The position numbers and the translations under genes are program-made. From Myxococcota bacterium (lineage in GTDB: Bacteria; Myxococcota_A; UBA9160; SZUA-336): a DNA stretch of 64,000 nt. This document shows positions 41,900 through 51,462 of the stretch, one piece after another. How positions within the stretch are numbered: position 1 is the stretch's first letter; every line of letters begins with the position of its first letter. The stretch lies in assembly GCA_035498875.1 (NCBI GenBank), contig DATJZP010000061.1, forward strand, positions 71,321 through 135,320. The letters run 5' to 3'. A model generated the notes under the pieces. It was not told the DNA's origin. It was given only the letters and a program-made list of their open reading frames with translations, and did not search any database.

Positions 41900-41917
41900 T
41901 TGATCAACGTTGATCAA
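41900..41917. promoter_or_regulatory. perfect 18-bp AT-rich palindrome TTGATCAACGTTGATCAA (plus adjacent TTGATTGA half-site) in divergent intergenic region
   Basis: Exact inverted repeat in a 70% GC genome. Sits between the divergent starts at 41881 (-) and 41963 (+). Confidence 0.6.
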
Positions 41918-41962
41918 GTTCCTCCGACGCGGCACCGTACCGGAAACCAGAAGGAGAGAGCG

Positions 41963-43066
41963 ATGACCTCGGACGGACTCGAGGGTGTGGTGGTGGCCGA
42001 TACGCAGCTCAGCGACGTCGACGGCGAGCGCGGCCGGCTGGTGGTGCGCGGGCACGACGTGGAGGAGCTCGCGCTGTCGAACGACTTCGAAGCGGTCTGC
42101 GCGCTGCTCTGGAACGGCGCGCTGCCAGGCGCTGCCGAGCACGCGGAGCTGCGCGCGCGCCTGGGGCGGGCGCGCGTCCGCGCCTTCGGGCGGCTGCCCT
42201 ATCTGGGCGACGCGCTCGACGGCGCCGACGGCATGGAGTGTCTGCGCGCGGCGCTCGCGCACCTGCGCGCCAGCGCGCTCGATCCAGCGGAGCTGCATGT
42301 CGACCTGACCGCGGCGGTGGCCGTGTTCGCCGCGGCCTGGGCGCGCAAGCGGCGCGGAGTCTCCGCGCTCGCGCCCGACCCGAGCCTCTCGCACGCGGCC
42401 GACTTCCTGCGCATGGCCAGCGCGCACGGCAGCGACCCCGAGCGCAGCCGCGCGCTCGACGCGTATCTCGTGACTGCCGCCGATCACGGCATGAACGCGT
42501 CGACCTTCACCGCACGCGTGGTGGCCTCGACCGCGTCGGACCCGGTCTCCGCGGTCGTGGCCGCGATCGGCGCGCTGAAAGGCCCGTTGCACGGCGGCGC
42601 GCCGGGCCCGGTGCTGGCGATGCTCGACGAGATCGGCTCGCCCGAGCGCGCGTCGGCCTGGATCGCCGCCGAGCTCGCGGCCGGTCGCCGCATCATGGGC
42701 ATGGGCCACCGCGTCTACCGCGTGCGCGATCCGCGCGCGGCGGTGCTGGAGCGCGCCGTCGAGCGGCTGCGCGCCTCCGGGCTGCGCAGTGACCGGCTCG
42801 ACCTCGCGCGCGCCGTCGAAGCCGTGGCGGTCGCGTCGCTCGGCGAGCGCCGCCCGGAGCGCCGGCTCGCGGCGAACGTCGAGTTCTACACCGCGGTCGT
42901 GCTCGACGCGATCGGCCTGCCGCAGGAGCTGTTCTCGCCCACCTTCGCGGTGGCGCGCGTCGCCGGCTGGCTGGCGCACGTCGACGAGCAGGCGCGCGGC
43001 GGGCGGCTGATCCGACCCGCCTCGCACTACGTGGGCCCCGCGCCGGTGACTCCCGCGGCTGCCTGA
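41963..43066 (+). CDS. citrate synthase family protein (short form, 2-methylcitrate/citryl-CoA lyase-like)
   Basis: GPLHGGAPGPV and GMGHRVY motifs. ATG at 41963 preceded by AAGGAGAG. Paralogous to the divergently transcribed fusion gene. Confidence 0.75.
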   Translation: MTSDGLEGVVVADTQLSDVDGERGRLVVRGHDVEELALSNDFEAVCALLWNGALPGAAEHAELRARLGRARVRAFGRLPYLGDALDGADGMECLRAALAHLRASALDPAELHVDLTAAVAVFAAAWARKRRGVSALAPDPSLSHAADFLRMASAHGSDPERSRALDAYLVTAADHGMNASTFTARVVASTASDPVSAVVAAIGALKGPLHGGAPGPVLAMLDEIGSPERASAWIAAELAAGRRIMGMGHRVYRVRDPRAAVLERAVERLRASGLRSDRLDLARAVEAVAVASLGERRPERRLAANVEFYTAVVLDAIGLPQELFSPTFAVARVAGWLAHVDEQARGGRLIRPASHYVGPAPVTPAAA

Positions 43067-43156
43067 ACGAGTTGCGGGTGAGTTGCGCATGAGTCGCGGG
43101 TCACTTCAGGGGTCCCCCTGGGAAGCCGATCCAAGGGGGACCCAGGAGGACCCGCC

Positions 43157-43774
43157 ATGCCGACCCTCCCGTCGATCAAAGGCTCCGTGTTCGCCGGCCT
43201 CGTCGAGGACGTGCAGAAGCTGCTCGCGGCCAGGAAGCTGAAGCGCGAAGAGCTCACGCGCTGGCTCAAGCCCAAGGACATCCAGTTACTCGACGCACCC
43301 GTGCAGCCGTTCGAGTGGTACGACATCCGCAGCTACAACCACTTGAGCCTGCTGCTCCGCGACGTCGAGGGCGGCGGCAGCAACGAGTATCTGCGCGAGC
43401 GCGGCGCGCGCAACGCGCGGCGCCTGCTCGAGGCCGGCCTCTACCAGCAGCTCGAGTACACGCGCCGCACGCTGTTCGCGCGCGAGAGCGACAAGAACGC
43501 GCGCTTCGAGGCGTTCGGGCGCGACCTCGCGCGACTCACCACGATCAGCTCCAGCATCCTCAACTTCGGGCGTGCGACTCATCGGCCGGATCCCGACCGC
43601 AAGATGCGCTGGATCATCGAGAACATGCAGGCCAAGGAGTACCCCGAGACGCTGGTCTGGGCCTCGGACGGCTTCACCAACGAGATGGCCCGCCAGCACA
43701 ACACGCCCGACCTGTGGGCGTGGGAGCGGCCGGAGCCGGACCGCATCGTCTGGCACATGACGCGCGAGATCTGA
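43157..43774 (+). CDS. hypothetical protein (205 aa)
   Basis: Plausible composition and an AGGAGG RBS. No motifs recognised. Possibly a member of a lineage-specific paralogous family. Confidence 0.5.
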   Translation: MPTLPSIKGSVFAGLVEDVQKLLAARKLKREELTRWLKPKDIQLLDAPVQPFEWYDIRSYNHLSLLLRDVEGGGSNEYLRERGARNARRLLEAGLYQQLEYTRRTLFARESDKNARFEAFGRDLARLTTISSSILNFGRATHRPDPDRKMRWIIENMQAKEYPETLVWASDGFTNEMARQHNTPDLWAWERPEPDRIVWHMTREI

Positions 43775-43808
43775 GCGCGAACCAGGTTCTGATACGTTAA
43801 GCCTGCGA

Positions 43809-43931
43809 AGGCCGAGCGAGGCCGCAAGTGCCGGGAGGCACGCGCAGTGAGGCGCAGGCGAAGGCCGAGCGAGGGCCGTCCCGAGCGAGGCCGCAAGTGC
43901 CGGGAGGCACGCGCAGTGAGCCGCAGGCGAA
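43809..43931. repeat. intergenic direct repeat: two ~51-bp copies of ccgagcgaggccgcaagtgccgggaggcacgcgcagtgag(g/c)cgcaggcgaa with 69-bp period
   Basis: Copies at 43812-43862 and 43881-43931 differ at one position. Each contains the GTGCC-ggga-GGCAC hairpin. The spacer repeats ggccgagcgagg. Confidence 0.75.
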
Positions 43932-43945
43932 CGAAGTAAATCGGA

Positions 43946-44791
43946 ATGGACGGTCGCATCACGCTCGCGGACGGCAGAACGGTCGGTTACGCCGACTACG
44001 GAACACCCGGACAGACGCCGGTGCTGTGGTGTCACGGCGGACCCGGCAGCCGGCTCGAGCCGAGCGGCATCGCGCCCGCGGCCGGCGCAGCCGGATTCCG
44101 GATCATCGGCATCGACCGGCCCGGCTATGGCTTGTCGACGCCGCAGCCCGGGCGCGCGATCGCGGACTGGGTGAACGACGGGCTCACCGTCGCGAGTCAC
44201 TTGGGCGTGCGCGAGTTCCTCTGCGTGGGTGTCTCGACGGGCGGTGCCTACGCGCTCGCGCTGGCCGCGGCGACGCCTCGCGCGCGCGGCGTGATCGCGT
44301 GCTGCGCGCTCAGCGACATGCGCTCGCCCGAGCTCCGCTCACGCATGCTCGAGAATCCGGGCATGGGGATCTGGAGGGCGGAGAGCCGCGACGCCGCGAT
44401 CGCCTTCGCGACCGATCTGATGGGCGCCGACGGCAGCAAGCTGTTCGCGCCCGGTGGCGCCGCGTCGAACCTGCCGCCCTCCGATCTCGCGCTCATGGCC
44501 GATCCCGCGTTCATGGCCGGCATGGCCTCCGCGTTCCCGGCGATGTTCGCGTTCGGCGTCCAGGGCTACGCCGACGACCGGCTCGCCGACGGCCCGGGCT
44601 GGGGCAGCTTCGACGTGAAGGAGATCCGCTGCCCGGTCACCGTGCTGCACGGCGCCAGTGACTCGATCTGCCCGGTCGAGCACGCGCGCCACACCGCGTC
44701 GGTCGTCCCGGGCGCGCGCCTCGAGATCCGCCCCGAGCTCGGTCACTTCAGCATCATCTCCGAGGTGCTGGGGGAGCTGGCGCGGCTTTGA
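43946..44791 (+). CDS. alpha/beta hydrolase fold protein
   Basis: HGGPGS, a nucleophile elbow GVSTGG, and C-terminal Asp/His segments. Length 281 aa. Confidence 0.75.
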   Translation: MDGRITLADGRTVGYADYGTPGQTPVLWCHGGPGSRLEPSGIAPAAGAAGFRIIGIDRPGYGLSTPQPGRAIADWVNDGLTVASHLGVREFLCVGVSTGGAYALALAAATPRARGVIACCALSDMRSPELRSRMLENPGMGIWRAESRDAAIAFATDLMGADGSKLFAPGGAASNLPPSDLALMADPAFMAGMASAFPAMFAFGVQGYADDRLADGPGWGSFDVKEIRCPVTVLHGASDSICPVEHARHTASVVPGARLEIRPELGHFSIISEVLGELARL

Positions 44792-45365
44792 AGTGGAACT
44801 CGCCGGGCCGACTGCGCACGTACTCGAGCATCTTGGCCCGTAAGTCGCTGCGTCTCTCCAGCGCGTAGAGCCTCTCGTCGAGATCTTCGAACTCCGAGGC
44901 GAAGCGCTCGATCTGTTGCTGCCGCTCGGACTCGAGGCGTGAAGGAGATCCCCCCATGCGCTTCGCTGCCTCGCGCAGGATCTTGGCGCCCTCGGGAACC
45001 TGGATCGTTTCGAACGCCGCCAGCGCATCGGGCCAGACGATGCCGGTCTCGTTCTCGAAGAACTGGGCGTGGCCGCCGTCGTCGACCTCTGCCAGGTACA
45101 AGCTCAGCGCGAGCAAGAGCCGCTGAGCTCGAGAGAAGGGGGAAAGACTCGACTCGTATCCCTCGAGAGAGTCGCAATTCAGCGCGGCGTCGACGGGCTC
45201 CAGGATCTCGGACAGGTGGGCGTGAGCAATGAATGCGTCATCGATGTCGACCTGACCCCGTTCGCTGCGCGCCTCCGTACTCCGTGGCGGGGCAGCCGAG
45301 GGCGTGCTGCAAGCGAGGCAGGCGGCGAGGACGCACGAGAGTGACTGGCTCGGTCGCAGAGGCAC
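44754..45365 (-). CDS. DUF4375/DMP19-like lipoprotein
   Basis: LSCVLAACLACS lipobox. A GGHAQFFEN-containing C-terminal domain typical of DUF4375. Confidence 0.55.
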   Translation of the reverse strand: MPLRPSQSLSCVLAACLACSTPSAAPPRSTEARSERGQVDIDDAFIAHAHLSEILEPVDAALNCDSLEGYESSLSPFSRAQRLLLALSLYLAEVDDGGHAQFFENETGIVWPDALAAFETIQVPEGAKILREAAKRMGGSPSRLESERQQQIERFASEFEDLDERLYALERRSDLRAKMLEYVRSRPGEFHFKAAPAPPAPRR

Positions 45366-45407
45366 GGCGCCACTCTAGCATCGGCGATCGGATACCCTGG
45401 ATCGCGC

Positions 45408-46595
45408 ATGCCCGACCCAATCACCGCGCTCGAAGCGATCGAACGCGCGCGCAAGATCGTGCCGCGCGTCGCGGCGACGAGCGCGCGCAGCGAAGAGCTG
45501 CGCCGGCTCGACGACGACGCGGTGGCCGCGCTGCGCGAGCAGCGGCTCGCCAGCTTGCTCACGCCGCGCCGCTTCGGCGGCTTCGAGCTGTCCCCTCGCG
45601 CGCACCTGCTGGCCGTCGCCGAGCTCGGGCACGGTTGCTCGGCCGCGAGCTGGGTGCTCATGGTGTGCGGCGCACACACCTACGTGGCCGGGCGTTTCCC
45701 CGAACCGTGCCAGCAGGAAGTCTTCGGACCGGACCCCGACGTGCTGATCGCGGGAACGCTCTCCCCGCAGGGCGTGGTGCGCGCGACCGACGGCGGCTGG
45801 GTCCTGAACGGCCGCTGGCAGTTCGGCAGCGGCTGCGACCACGCGCCGTGGCTCTTGATCGGCGCGCGCGTCCACGAGCCGAAGCCCGGCGCATGGAAGC
45901 ACTACCACGTGATCGTGCCGACGCGAGAGATCGCGCTCGACGACACCTGGCACACGCTCGGCATGCGCGGCACCGGCTCGAAGGATCTGGTCGCGAAGGA
46001 CGTATTCGTGCCGGCGCACCGCGCCACGCCCACGCGCCCCAGCTTCATCGGTGACTGCCCGCAGGCCTCGAGCGCGCTGTACCGGCTGCCGGTGCTCGGC
46101 GCGCTCTCGTCGATGGTCGCCGCCAGCGTGCTCGGCATCGCCGAGCGCGGCTTCGAGCAGTTCGCGCGGCGCGCGCGCGAGCGGCGCGATCCGCTCGGCG
46201 GCACCAAGGCCGAGAACCCGGTCGTGCAGGCGAGATTCTCCGAGTCACGCGCCGAGCTACAGGCCGCGCGCCTCCTGCTCGTGAACTTGTGCGACCGCTT
46301 CGAAGAAGTCATGAAGGCGGACGCCGGGCCACTACCGGTCGAGAAGCGCCTCGAACTCCGGGCCGACGCGGCCTACGTGGTCGAGCTCTGTCAGCGCGCG
46401 CTGGCGCGGCTGTTCGCCGCCGCCGGCGCGCACGCGATCTACGACGAGCCGAGCGAGCTGCAGCGCATCCACCGCGACCTCGGCACCGCCACTCACCACG
46501 CGATCGTCGACTACGACTCGATCTCGCAGCTCGCCGGCGCAGTCACCCTGGGCCTCGACGTTGGCGAAGACCCGCTCGGCTTCCCGTTCGCCTGA
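45408..46595 (+). CDS. acyl-CoA dehydrogenase family protein (type-2/flavin-dependent monooxygenase-like)
   Basis: ACAD N-terminal, middle and C-terminal domain pattern: GGFELS, GTGSKD and a C-terminal four-helix domain. Length 395 aa. Confidence 0.7.
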   Translation: MPDPITALEAIERARKIVPRVAATSARSEELRRLDDDAVAALREQRLASLLTPRRFGGFELSPRAHLLAVAELGHGCSAASWVLMVCGAHTYVAGRFPEPCQQEVFGPDPDVLIAGTLSPQGVVRATDGGWVLNGRWQFGSGCDHAPWLLIGARVHEPKPGAWKHYHVIVPTREIALDDTWHTLGMRGTGSKDLVAKDVFVPAHRATPTRPSFIGDCPQASSALYRLPVLGALSSMVAASVLGIAERGFEQFARRARERRDPLGGTKAENPVVQARFSESRAELQAARLLLVNLCDRFEEVMKADAGPLPVEKRLELRADAAYVVELCQRALARLFAAAGAHAIYDEPSELQRIHRDLGTATHHAIVDYDSISQLAGAVTLGLDVGEDPLGFPFA

Positions 46596-46600
46596 GGGGG

Positions 46601-48538
46601 CTACGAGCTCAGCTCGCTCCTGCCGCGGAACTGCTCCAGGGCCTCCGGATTCGCCAGCGCCTCGAGATTTTTCGGGGTCCGGCCGTGGACCACGTCTCTC
46701 ACCGCCAGCTCGACGATCTTGCCGCTCTTCGTGCGGGGGATGTCGGTGACCTGGGCGATGCGGGCGGGCACGTGGCGCGGGGTGGCGTGAGTGCGGATGG
46801 CGGCGCGGATCTCGCGCTCGAGCTCGGGCGACAGGGTGACTCCTTCGCGGAGGCGCACGAACAGCACCACGCGCACGTCCGAGTCCCAGTCCTGGCCCAC
46901 GGCGATGGCCTCGACCACGTCGTCGAGCTGCTCCACGGGCCGGTAGATCTCGGCGGTGCCGATGCGCACGCCGCCGGGGTTCAGCACCGCGTCGGAGCGG
47001 CCGTACAGGGTCATGCCGCCGTGCTCGGTGAGCTCCACCCAGTCGCCGTGGTGCCACACACCGGGGTAGCGCTCGAAGTAGGCGGCGCGGTAGCGCGCGC
47101 CGTCGGGGTCGTTCCAGAAGCCGACGGGCTGGGTGGGAAAGGCGCGCGTGCACACGAGCTCGCCCTTCTCGCCCGGCGGGAGTGACCGGCCGCGCTCGTC
47201 GAACACCTCGACCTTCATGCCCAGCGCGAGGCACTGCGCCTCGCCACGGTACACGGGCAGGGTGGGGCTGCCGGCGACGAAGCAGCCGGCGATGTCGGTG
47301 CCGCCCGAGATCGAGGACAAGAGCACGTCTTGCTTGATGCCCTCGTACACGAAGTCGAAGCTCTCGGGCGCCAGCACCGAGCCCGTCGACAGGATCGTCT
47401 TCACCGACGACAGGTCGTGCGTTCGCTCGGGCACGAGTCCCGACTTGCGGATCGCGTCGAGATACTTCGCCGAGGTGCCGAACACGGTGATGCGCTCGCG
47501 CTCGGCCAGGTCCCAGAGCGCGCGCTCGCTGGGCTGGAACGGCGAGCCGTCGAACAGGACCAAGGTCGCGCCGGTCGCCAGCCCGGTGGCGAGCCAGTTC
47601 CACATCATCCAGCCGCAGGTCGTGAAATAGAACAGCCGGTCGTCGCGCGACACGTCGCAGTGAAGCCGCTGCTCGACCGCGATCTTCAGCAACAGCCCGC
47701 CCGCGCAGTGCACGATGCCCTTGGGGATCCCCGTCGTGCCCGACGAGAACAGGATGAACAGCGGGTGGTCGAACGGGAGTCTCTCGTACTGCGGCGTGTG
47801 CCGGCCGGAGCGCACGATGCGCTCGAAGCTCTCTGTCCCCCCGAGTGGCTTCTCACCGACGAACGAAATCGATACCACGTGCGCGAGCGACGGCAGGCCG
47901 CGGTAGATCTCGGCTACGCGCGCTTCCAGGTCGTGGGTCTTGCCGCCGTACCAGTAGCCGTCGGCCGCGAACAACACCTTGGGCTCGATCTGGCCGAAGC
48001 GGTCGAGCACGCCGCGCACGCCGAAGTCGGGCGAGCACGACGACCAGATCGCACCGACCGACGCCGCGCCGAGCATGGCGACGATCGCCTCGGGACAGTT
48101 CGGCACGATGCCGGCCACGCGGTCGCCGACACCGACGCCCGCGCTGCGCAGCCAGGCCGCGACCGCCGCCACCTGCGCGCGGAGCTCCGCCCACGACAGC
48201 TCGCGGCGCGCGCCCGTCTCGCTCACGAACACGAGCGCGGGGGCATCGTCGCCGCGCGCGAGCAGGTTCTCGGCGTAGTTCAGGCGTGACTCGGGGAACC
48301 ACTTCGCGCCCGGCATGCGGTCGTCGACCAGGAACGGCGCCCAGCCAGGCTCACCGACCAGCTCGCAGAACTCCCAGGCCGCGCGCCAGAATGCCGCGCG
48401 CTCGTCGACCGACCAGCGCCACAGCTCGGCGTAGCTCGGCAGTGACTGCCCGGTCTGCCGCTCGATCCGCCGCCGGAACGCCGTCATGGCCGCGCGCTCC
48501 ACGCGCGGGGCCGACGGCGTCCAGAGTGGACCAGTCAC
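46601..48538 (-). CDS. acetoacetyl-CoA synthetase
   Basis: AMP-binding motifs [11 protein letters not shown] and [16 protein letters not shown]. The ~645 aa length and N-terminal region are typical of AacS. Confidence 0.8.
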   Translation of the reverse strand: MTGPLWTPSAPRVERAAMTAFRRRIERQTGQSLPSYAELWRWSVDERAAFWRAAWEFCELVGEPGWAPFLVDDRMPGAKWFPESRLNYAENLLARGDDAPALVFVSETGARRELSWAELRAQVAAVAAWLRSAGVGVGDRVAGIVPNCPEAIVAMLGAASVGAIWSSCSPDFGVRGVLDRFGQIEPKVLFAADGYWYGGKTHDLEARVAEIYRGLPSLAHVVSISFVGEKPLGGTESFERIVRSGRHTPQYERLPFDHPLFILFSSGTTGIPKGIVHCAGGLLLKIAVEQRLHCDVSRDDRLFYFTTCGWMMWNWLATGLATGATLVLFDGSPFQPSERALWDLAERERITVFGTSAKYLDAIRKSGLVPERTHDLSSVKTILSTGSVLAPESFDFVYEGIKQDVLLSSISGGTDIAGCFVAGSPTLPVYRGEAQCLALGMKVEVFDERGRSLPPGEKGELVCTRAFPTQPVGFWNDPDGARYRAAYFERYPGVWHHGDWVELTEHGGMTLYGRSDAVLNPGGVRIGTAEIYRPVEQLDDVVEAIAVGQDWDSDVRVVLFVRLREGVTLSPELEREIRAAIRTHATPRHVPARIAQVTDIPRTKSGKIVELAVRDVVHGRTPKNLEALANPEALEQFRGRSELSS

Positions 48539-48545
48539 TCTCTTC

Positions 48546-49592
48546 TCAGCGCAGCCCGCGCTTCATCAGCTCTTCGGCGATCTGCACCGCGTTCAGCGCG
48601 GCACCCTTGCGCAGGTTGTCGCCCACGGTCCAGAGCCAGAGCCGGTCACTGTTCAGGTCGCGGCGGATGCGGCCCACCAGGATGTCGTCGCCGCCCGCGC
48701 AGTCCAGGGGGGTCGGGAAGACGTCGTGCGCGGGATCGTCCATCACGCGAATGCCGGGGAACGCCGCGATCGCCGCGCGCGCCTGCTCCGGCGTGATCGC
48801 CGGCTCGGTCTCGAGCAGCACCGACGCCGAGTGACCCACGGGCACGGGCACGCGCACGCAGGTCATGGCCACGTCGAGGCTCGGGTCTTCCAAGATCTTC
48901 CGTGTCTCGTGCAGCAGCTTCACCTCTTCGGTCGTGTAGCTGTCGTTCGGGCGGAAGGTCTCGCACACCGGCACCACGTTGTTCGCGATCTGCGCCTTGA
49001 ACTGCTTCGGCTTCGGCACGGGCTGGCCCGTGGCGATGGCCTTCAGCTGGCCGTCCAGCTCTTCGATGCCCGGCAGACCGGCGCCCGAGGCCGACTGGAA
49101 GGTGGTGACCACGATGCGCTTCAGCTTTGCGAGCTTTCGCAGCGGCGCGAGCGCCATGGCGAACGGCGTGGTGGTGCAGTTCGGGCTGGCGATGATGCCC
49201 TGGTGCTTCTCGAGCGCTGCGCCGTTGATCTCGGGAATGACCAGCGGCACCTGCGGATCCATGCGCCAGGTGTTCGACTTGTCGATCGCGATCCCCCCGC
49301 GCTTGGCGACCTCGGGCGCGAGCTCCCTGGCCAACGCGCCGGTCGCGGCGAAGAACACGAAATCCACGCCGTCGAAGGCCTCAGGCCGCGCGAGCTGCAC
49401 CGGGAGCTTCTTGCCGCGGAAGGTGATCGTGGCCGTGCCGGCGGAGCGCTCGCTCGCCAGCGGGCGCAGCTCCGAGACAGGAAAGTTGCGCTGCTCCAGG
49501 ATCTGGAGCAGCACCTCGCCGACGGCGCCCGTCGCGCCGGCGATCGCGACCACGCGGCCGCGGGACAGGTCGGGGGTGTTCTTCTGGGCCAT
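48546..49592 (-). CDS. asd: aspartate-semialdehyde dehydrogenase
   Basis: [11 protein letters not shown] Rossmann fold and the active-site segment SPNCTT. 348 aa from the ATG at 49592 ([20 protein letters not shown]). The track extension to 50348 is spurious. Confidence 0.85.
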   Translation of the reverse strand: MAQKNTPDLSRGRVVAIAGATGAVGEVLLQILEQRNFPVSELRPLASERSAGTATITFRGKKLPVQLARPEAFDGVDFVFFAATGALARELAPEVAKRGGIAIDKSNTWRMDPQVPLVIPEINGAALEKHQGIIASPNCTTTPFAMALAPLRKLAKLKRIVVTTFQSASGAGLPGIEELDGQLKAIATGQPVPKPKQFKAQIANNVVPVCETFRPNDSYTTEEVKLLHETRKILEDPSLDVAMTCVRVPVPVGHSASVLLETEPAITPEQARAAIAAFPGIRVMDDPAHDVFPTPLDCAGGDDILVGRIRRDLNSDRLWLWTVGDNLRKGAALNAVQIAEELMKRGLR

Positions 49593-49625
49593 GGGACCGC
49601 GAATCCTATCGTCGCCCGCGGGTTC

Positions 49626-50222
49626 GTGCCAAGCTCCGCCCTGGTGGAGTCTCTGCAGTCGATTCACGAGTCGGTGTGGATCGCGCCCGGCGTCCAGGTC
49701 TACGGCCGGGTCACGATCGGCGCGCATTCCAGTCTGTGGCCGCACGCGGTGATCCGCGCCGAGGCGCAGGAAGTGCGCATCGGGCGCATGACCAACATCC
49801 AGGACTTCGCGATGCTGCACGTGGGCTACGAGATCGGCACCGTGATCGGTGACTTCTGCTCGATCACCCACCGCGCCACGATCCACGGCTGCACGATCGG
49901 CGACCACTGTCTCGTCGGCATCGGCGCCACGATCATGGACGGCGCGGTGATCGGAACGGGGTCGATCGTGGGCGGCGGCGCGCTCGTGCCTGAAGGCAAG
50001 CAGTTCCCGCCCGGCTCGATCCTGGTGGGCGTGCCGGCGAAGCTGGTGGCCACGCGTGACTCGTCGCGCGCCAACCGGCTGAACGCCTGGCAGTACCAGC
50101 GCAACGCGACTCACTACCGGCGCGGCCTGCACCGCGCCTGGGACGGGCCCGACTATCTGGCCTGGGTCGCCGCCAAGCGCGCCGAGGTCGAGGCCGACCG
50201 CGACCTCGAGGTCGAGCCATGA
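49626..50222 (+). CDS. gamma-carbonic anhydrase family / hexapeptide-repeat (LbH) protein
   Basis: Left-handed beta-helix hexapeptide repeats (IAPGVQVYGRVTIGAHSSLWPHAVIRAE...). His ligands in ITHRATIHG. Start uncertain (GTG 49626 or 49644). Confidence 0.7.
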   Translation: MPSSALVESLQSIHESVWIAPGVQVYGRVTIGAHSSLWPHAVIRAEAQEVRIGRMTNIQDFAMLHVGYEIGTVIGDFCSITHRATIHGCTIGDHCLVGIGATIMDGAVIGTGSIVGGGALVPEGKQFPPGSILVGVPAKLVATRDSSRANRLNAWQYQRNATHYRRGLHRAWDGPDYLAWVAAKRAEVEADRDLEVEP

Positions 50223-51097
50223 GCCGGATCGCCTGCGTGGGGGTGGGCGCGATCGGCGGGGCGCTGGCGGCGCCGCTCGTGGCCATGGGCGAGCACGAGG
50301 TCGTCTTGTGCGTGCGCGAGCCGTTCGCGCGGCTCGTGGTCGAGTCACCGACGCGGAGCTTCGACCTAGAGGTGCGCTGCGAGACCGATCCGGTGCGCGT
50401 CGGTCCCGTCGACTGGCTGCTGCTCGCGACCAAGGCCCAGGACGTGCCCGGCGCCGCGAAGTGGCTGGCCGAGCTGGCGCGGCCGGGAACGGTGGTCGCG
50501 GTGCTCCAGAACGGGGTCGAGCAACGCGAACGGGTGACTCCGTTCGCAGGCTCGGCCGAGGTGCTGCCGGTGGTGGTCGAGCTGCCCGCGCGGCGCAGCG
50601 CGCCGGGCCGGATCCGGATGCGCGGCGGCGCGCGGCTCTCCGTCCCCGAAGGGCCGAGCGGGCACGCCTTCGCGGCGCTCTTCGCCGGCAGCGACGTGCT
50701 CGTGGAAGAGACCGCCGACTTCACCACCAGCGCCTGGCGCAAGCTGTGTCTCAACGCCGCGAGCGGGGCGCTCCTGGCTGCGACCTCGCGCCCGATCGAG
50801 GTGCTGCACGAGCCCGGCATGGCCGAGCTCGCGCGCGGCATCATGCGGGAGTGTCTGGCCGTGGGCCGCGCCGAGGGCGCCCGGGTCCCGGACGCCATCG
50901 CCGACGCGATCCTGACCCGGCTGCTCGCCTTGCCAGCGGGCTCGGGCAACTCGATGCTCTACGACCGCCTGGCGGGCAAGCCGCTCGAGCTCGACGCGCG
51001 CAACGGGGTGATCGTGCGCAAGGGCCGGCAGCACGGGGTCGCGACGCCGCTCAACGCCGCGCTCTGCGCGCTGCTCGCCGCACAGGAGGGACGATGA
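50219..51097 (+). CDS. panE: 2-dehydropantoate 2-reductase (ketopantoate reductase family)
   Basis: IACVGVGAIGG Rossmann fold and the ApbA C-terminal domain (NSMLYD). ATGA overlap with the upstream stop. Confidence 0.7.
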   Translation: MSRIACVGVGAIGGALAAPLVAMGEHEVVLCVREPFARLVVESPTRSFDLEVRCETDPVRVGPVDWLLLATKAQDVPGAAKWLAELARPGTVVAVLQNGVEQRERVTPFAGSAEVLPVVVELPARRSAPGRIRMRGGARLSVPEGPSGHAFAALFAGSDVLVEETADFTTSAWRKLCLNAASGALLAATSRPIEVLHEPGMAELARGIMRECLAVGRAEGARVPDAIADAILTRLLALPAGSGNSMLYDRLAGKPLELDARNGVIVRKGRQHGVATPLNAALCALLAAQEGR

Positions 51098-51462
51098 AGG
51101 CAACGGCCGCGATTCCGCAGCTCCGTACCACCGACCTGGCCGGCTCGATCCGCTTCTACACGCAGGTGCTCGGCTTCGAGCTGGCCTTCCAGTACCAGGA
51201 TTTCTACGCCGGCGTCTGCGCCGGGAGTCAGGCGGTGCACCTGAAGCTCGTCGACGCGCCCGACCCGTCGCTCGCGTTCGTGCGCGACGGCGCGCACGTG
51301 CACCTGTACGTCGAGATCGACGACGTGCGCGCGGCCGCGCGGGAGCTGCGCGAGAAGGGCGTGCGACTCACACGCGACGTCTACGAGACCCCGTACCGCA
51401 CCCGCGAGCTCTCGCTCGAGGACGACCAGGGTCACTCGCTCTACCTGTTCGAGAACCTGTAG
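51094..51462 (+). CDS. VOC (glyoxalase/bleomycin-resistance) family protein
   Basis: MKATAAIPQLRTTDLAGSIRFYTQVLGFEL matches the VOC beta-alpha-beta-beta-beta module. ATGA overlap with the panE stop. Confidence 0.7.
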   Translation: MKATAAIPQLRTTDLAGSIRFYTQVLGFELAFQYQDFYAGVCAGSQAVHLKLVDAPDPSLAFVRDGAHVHLYVEIDDVRAAARELREKGVRLTRDVYETPYRTRELSLEDDQGHSLYLFENL

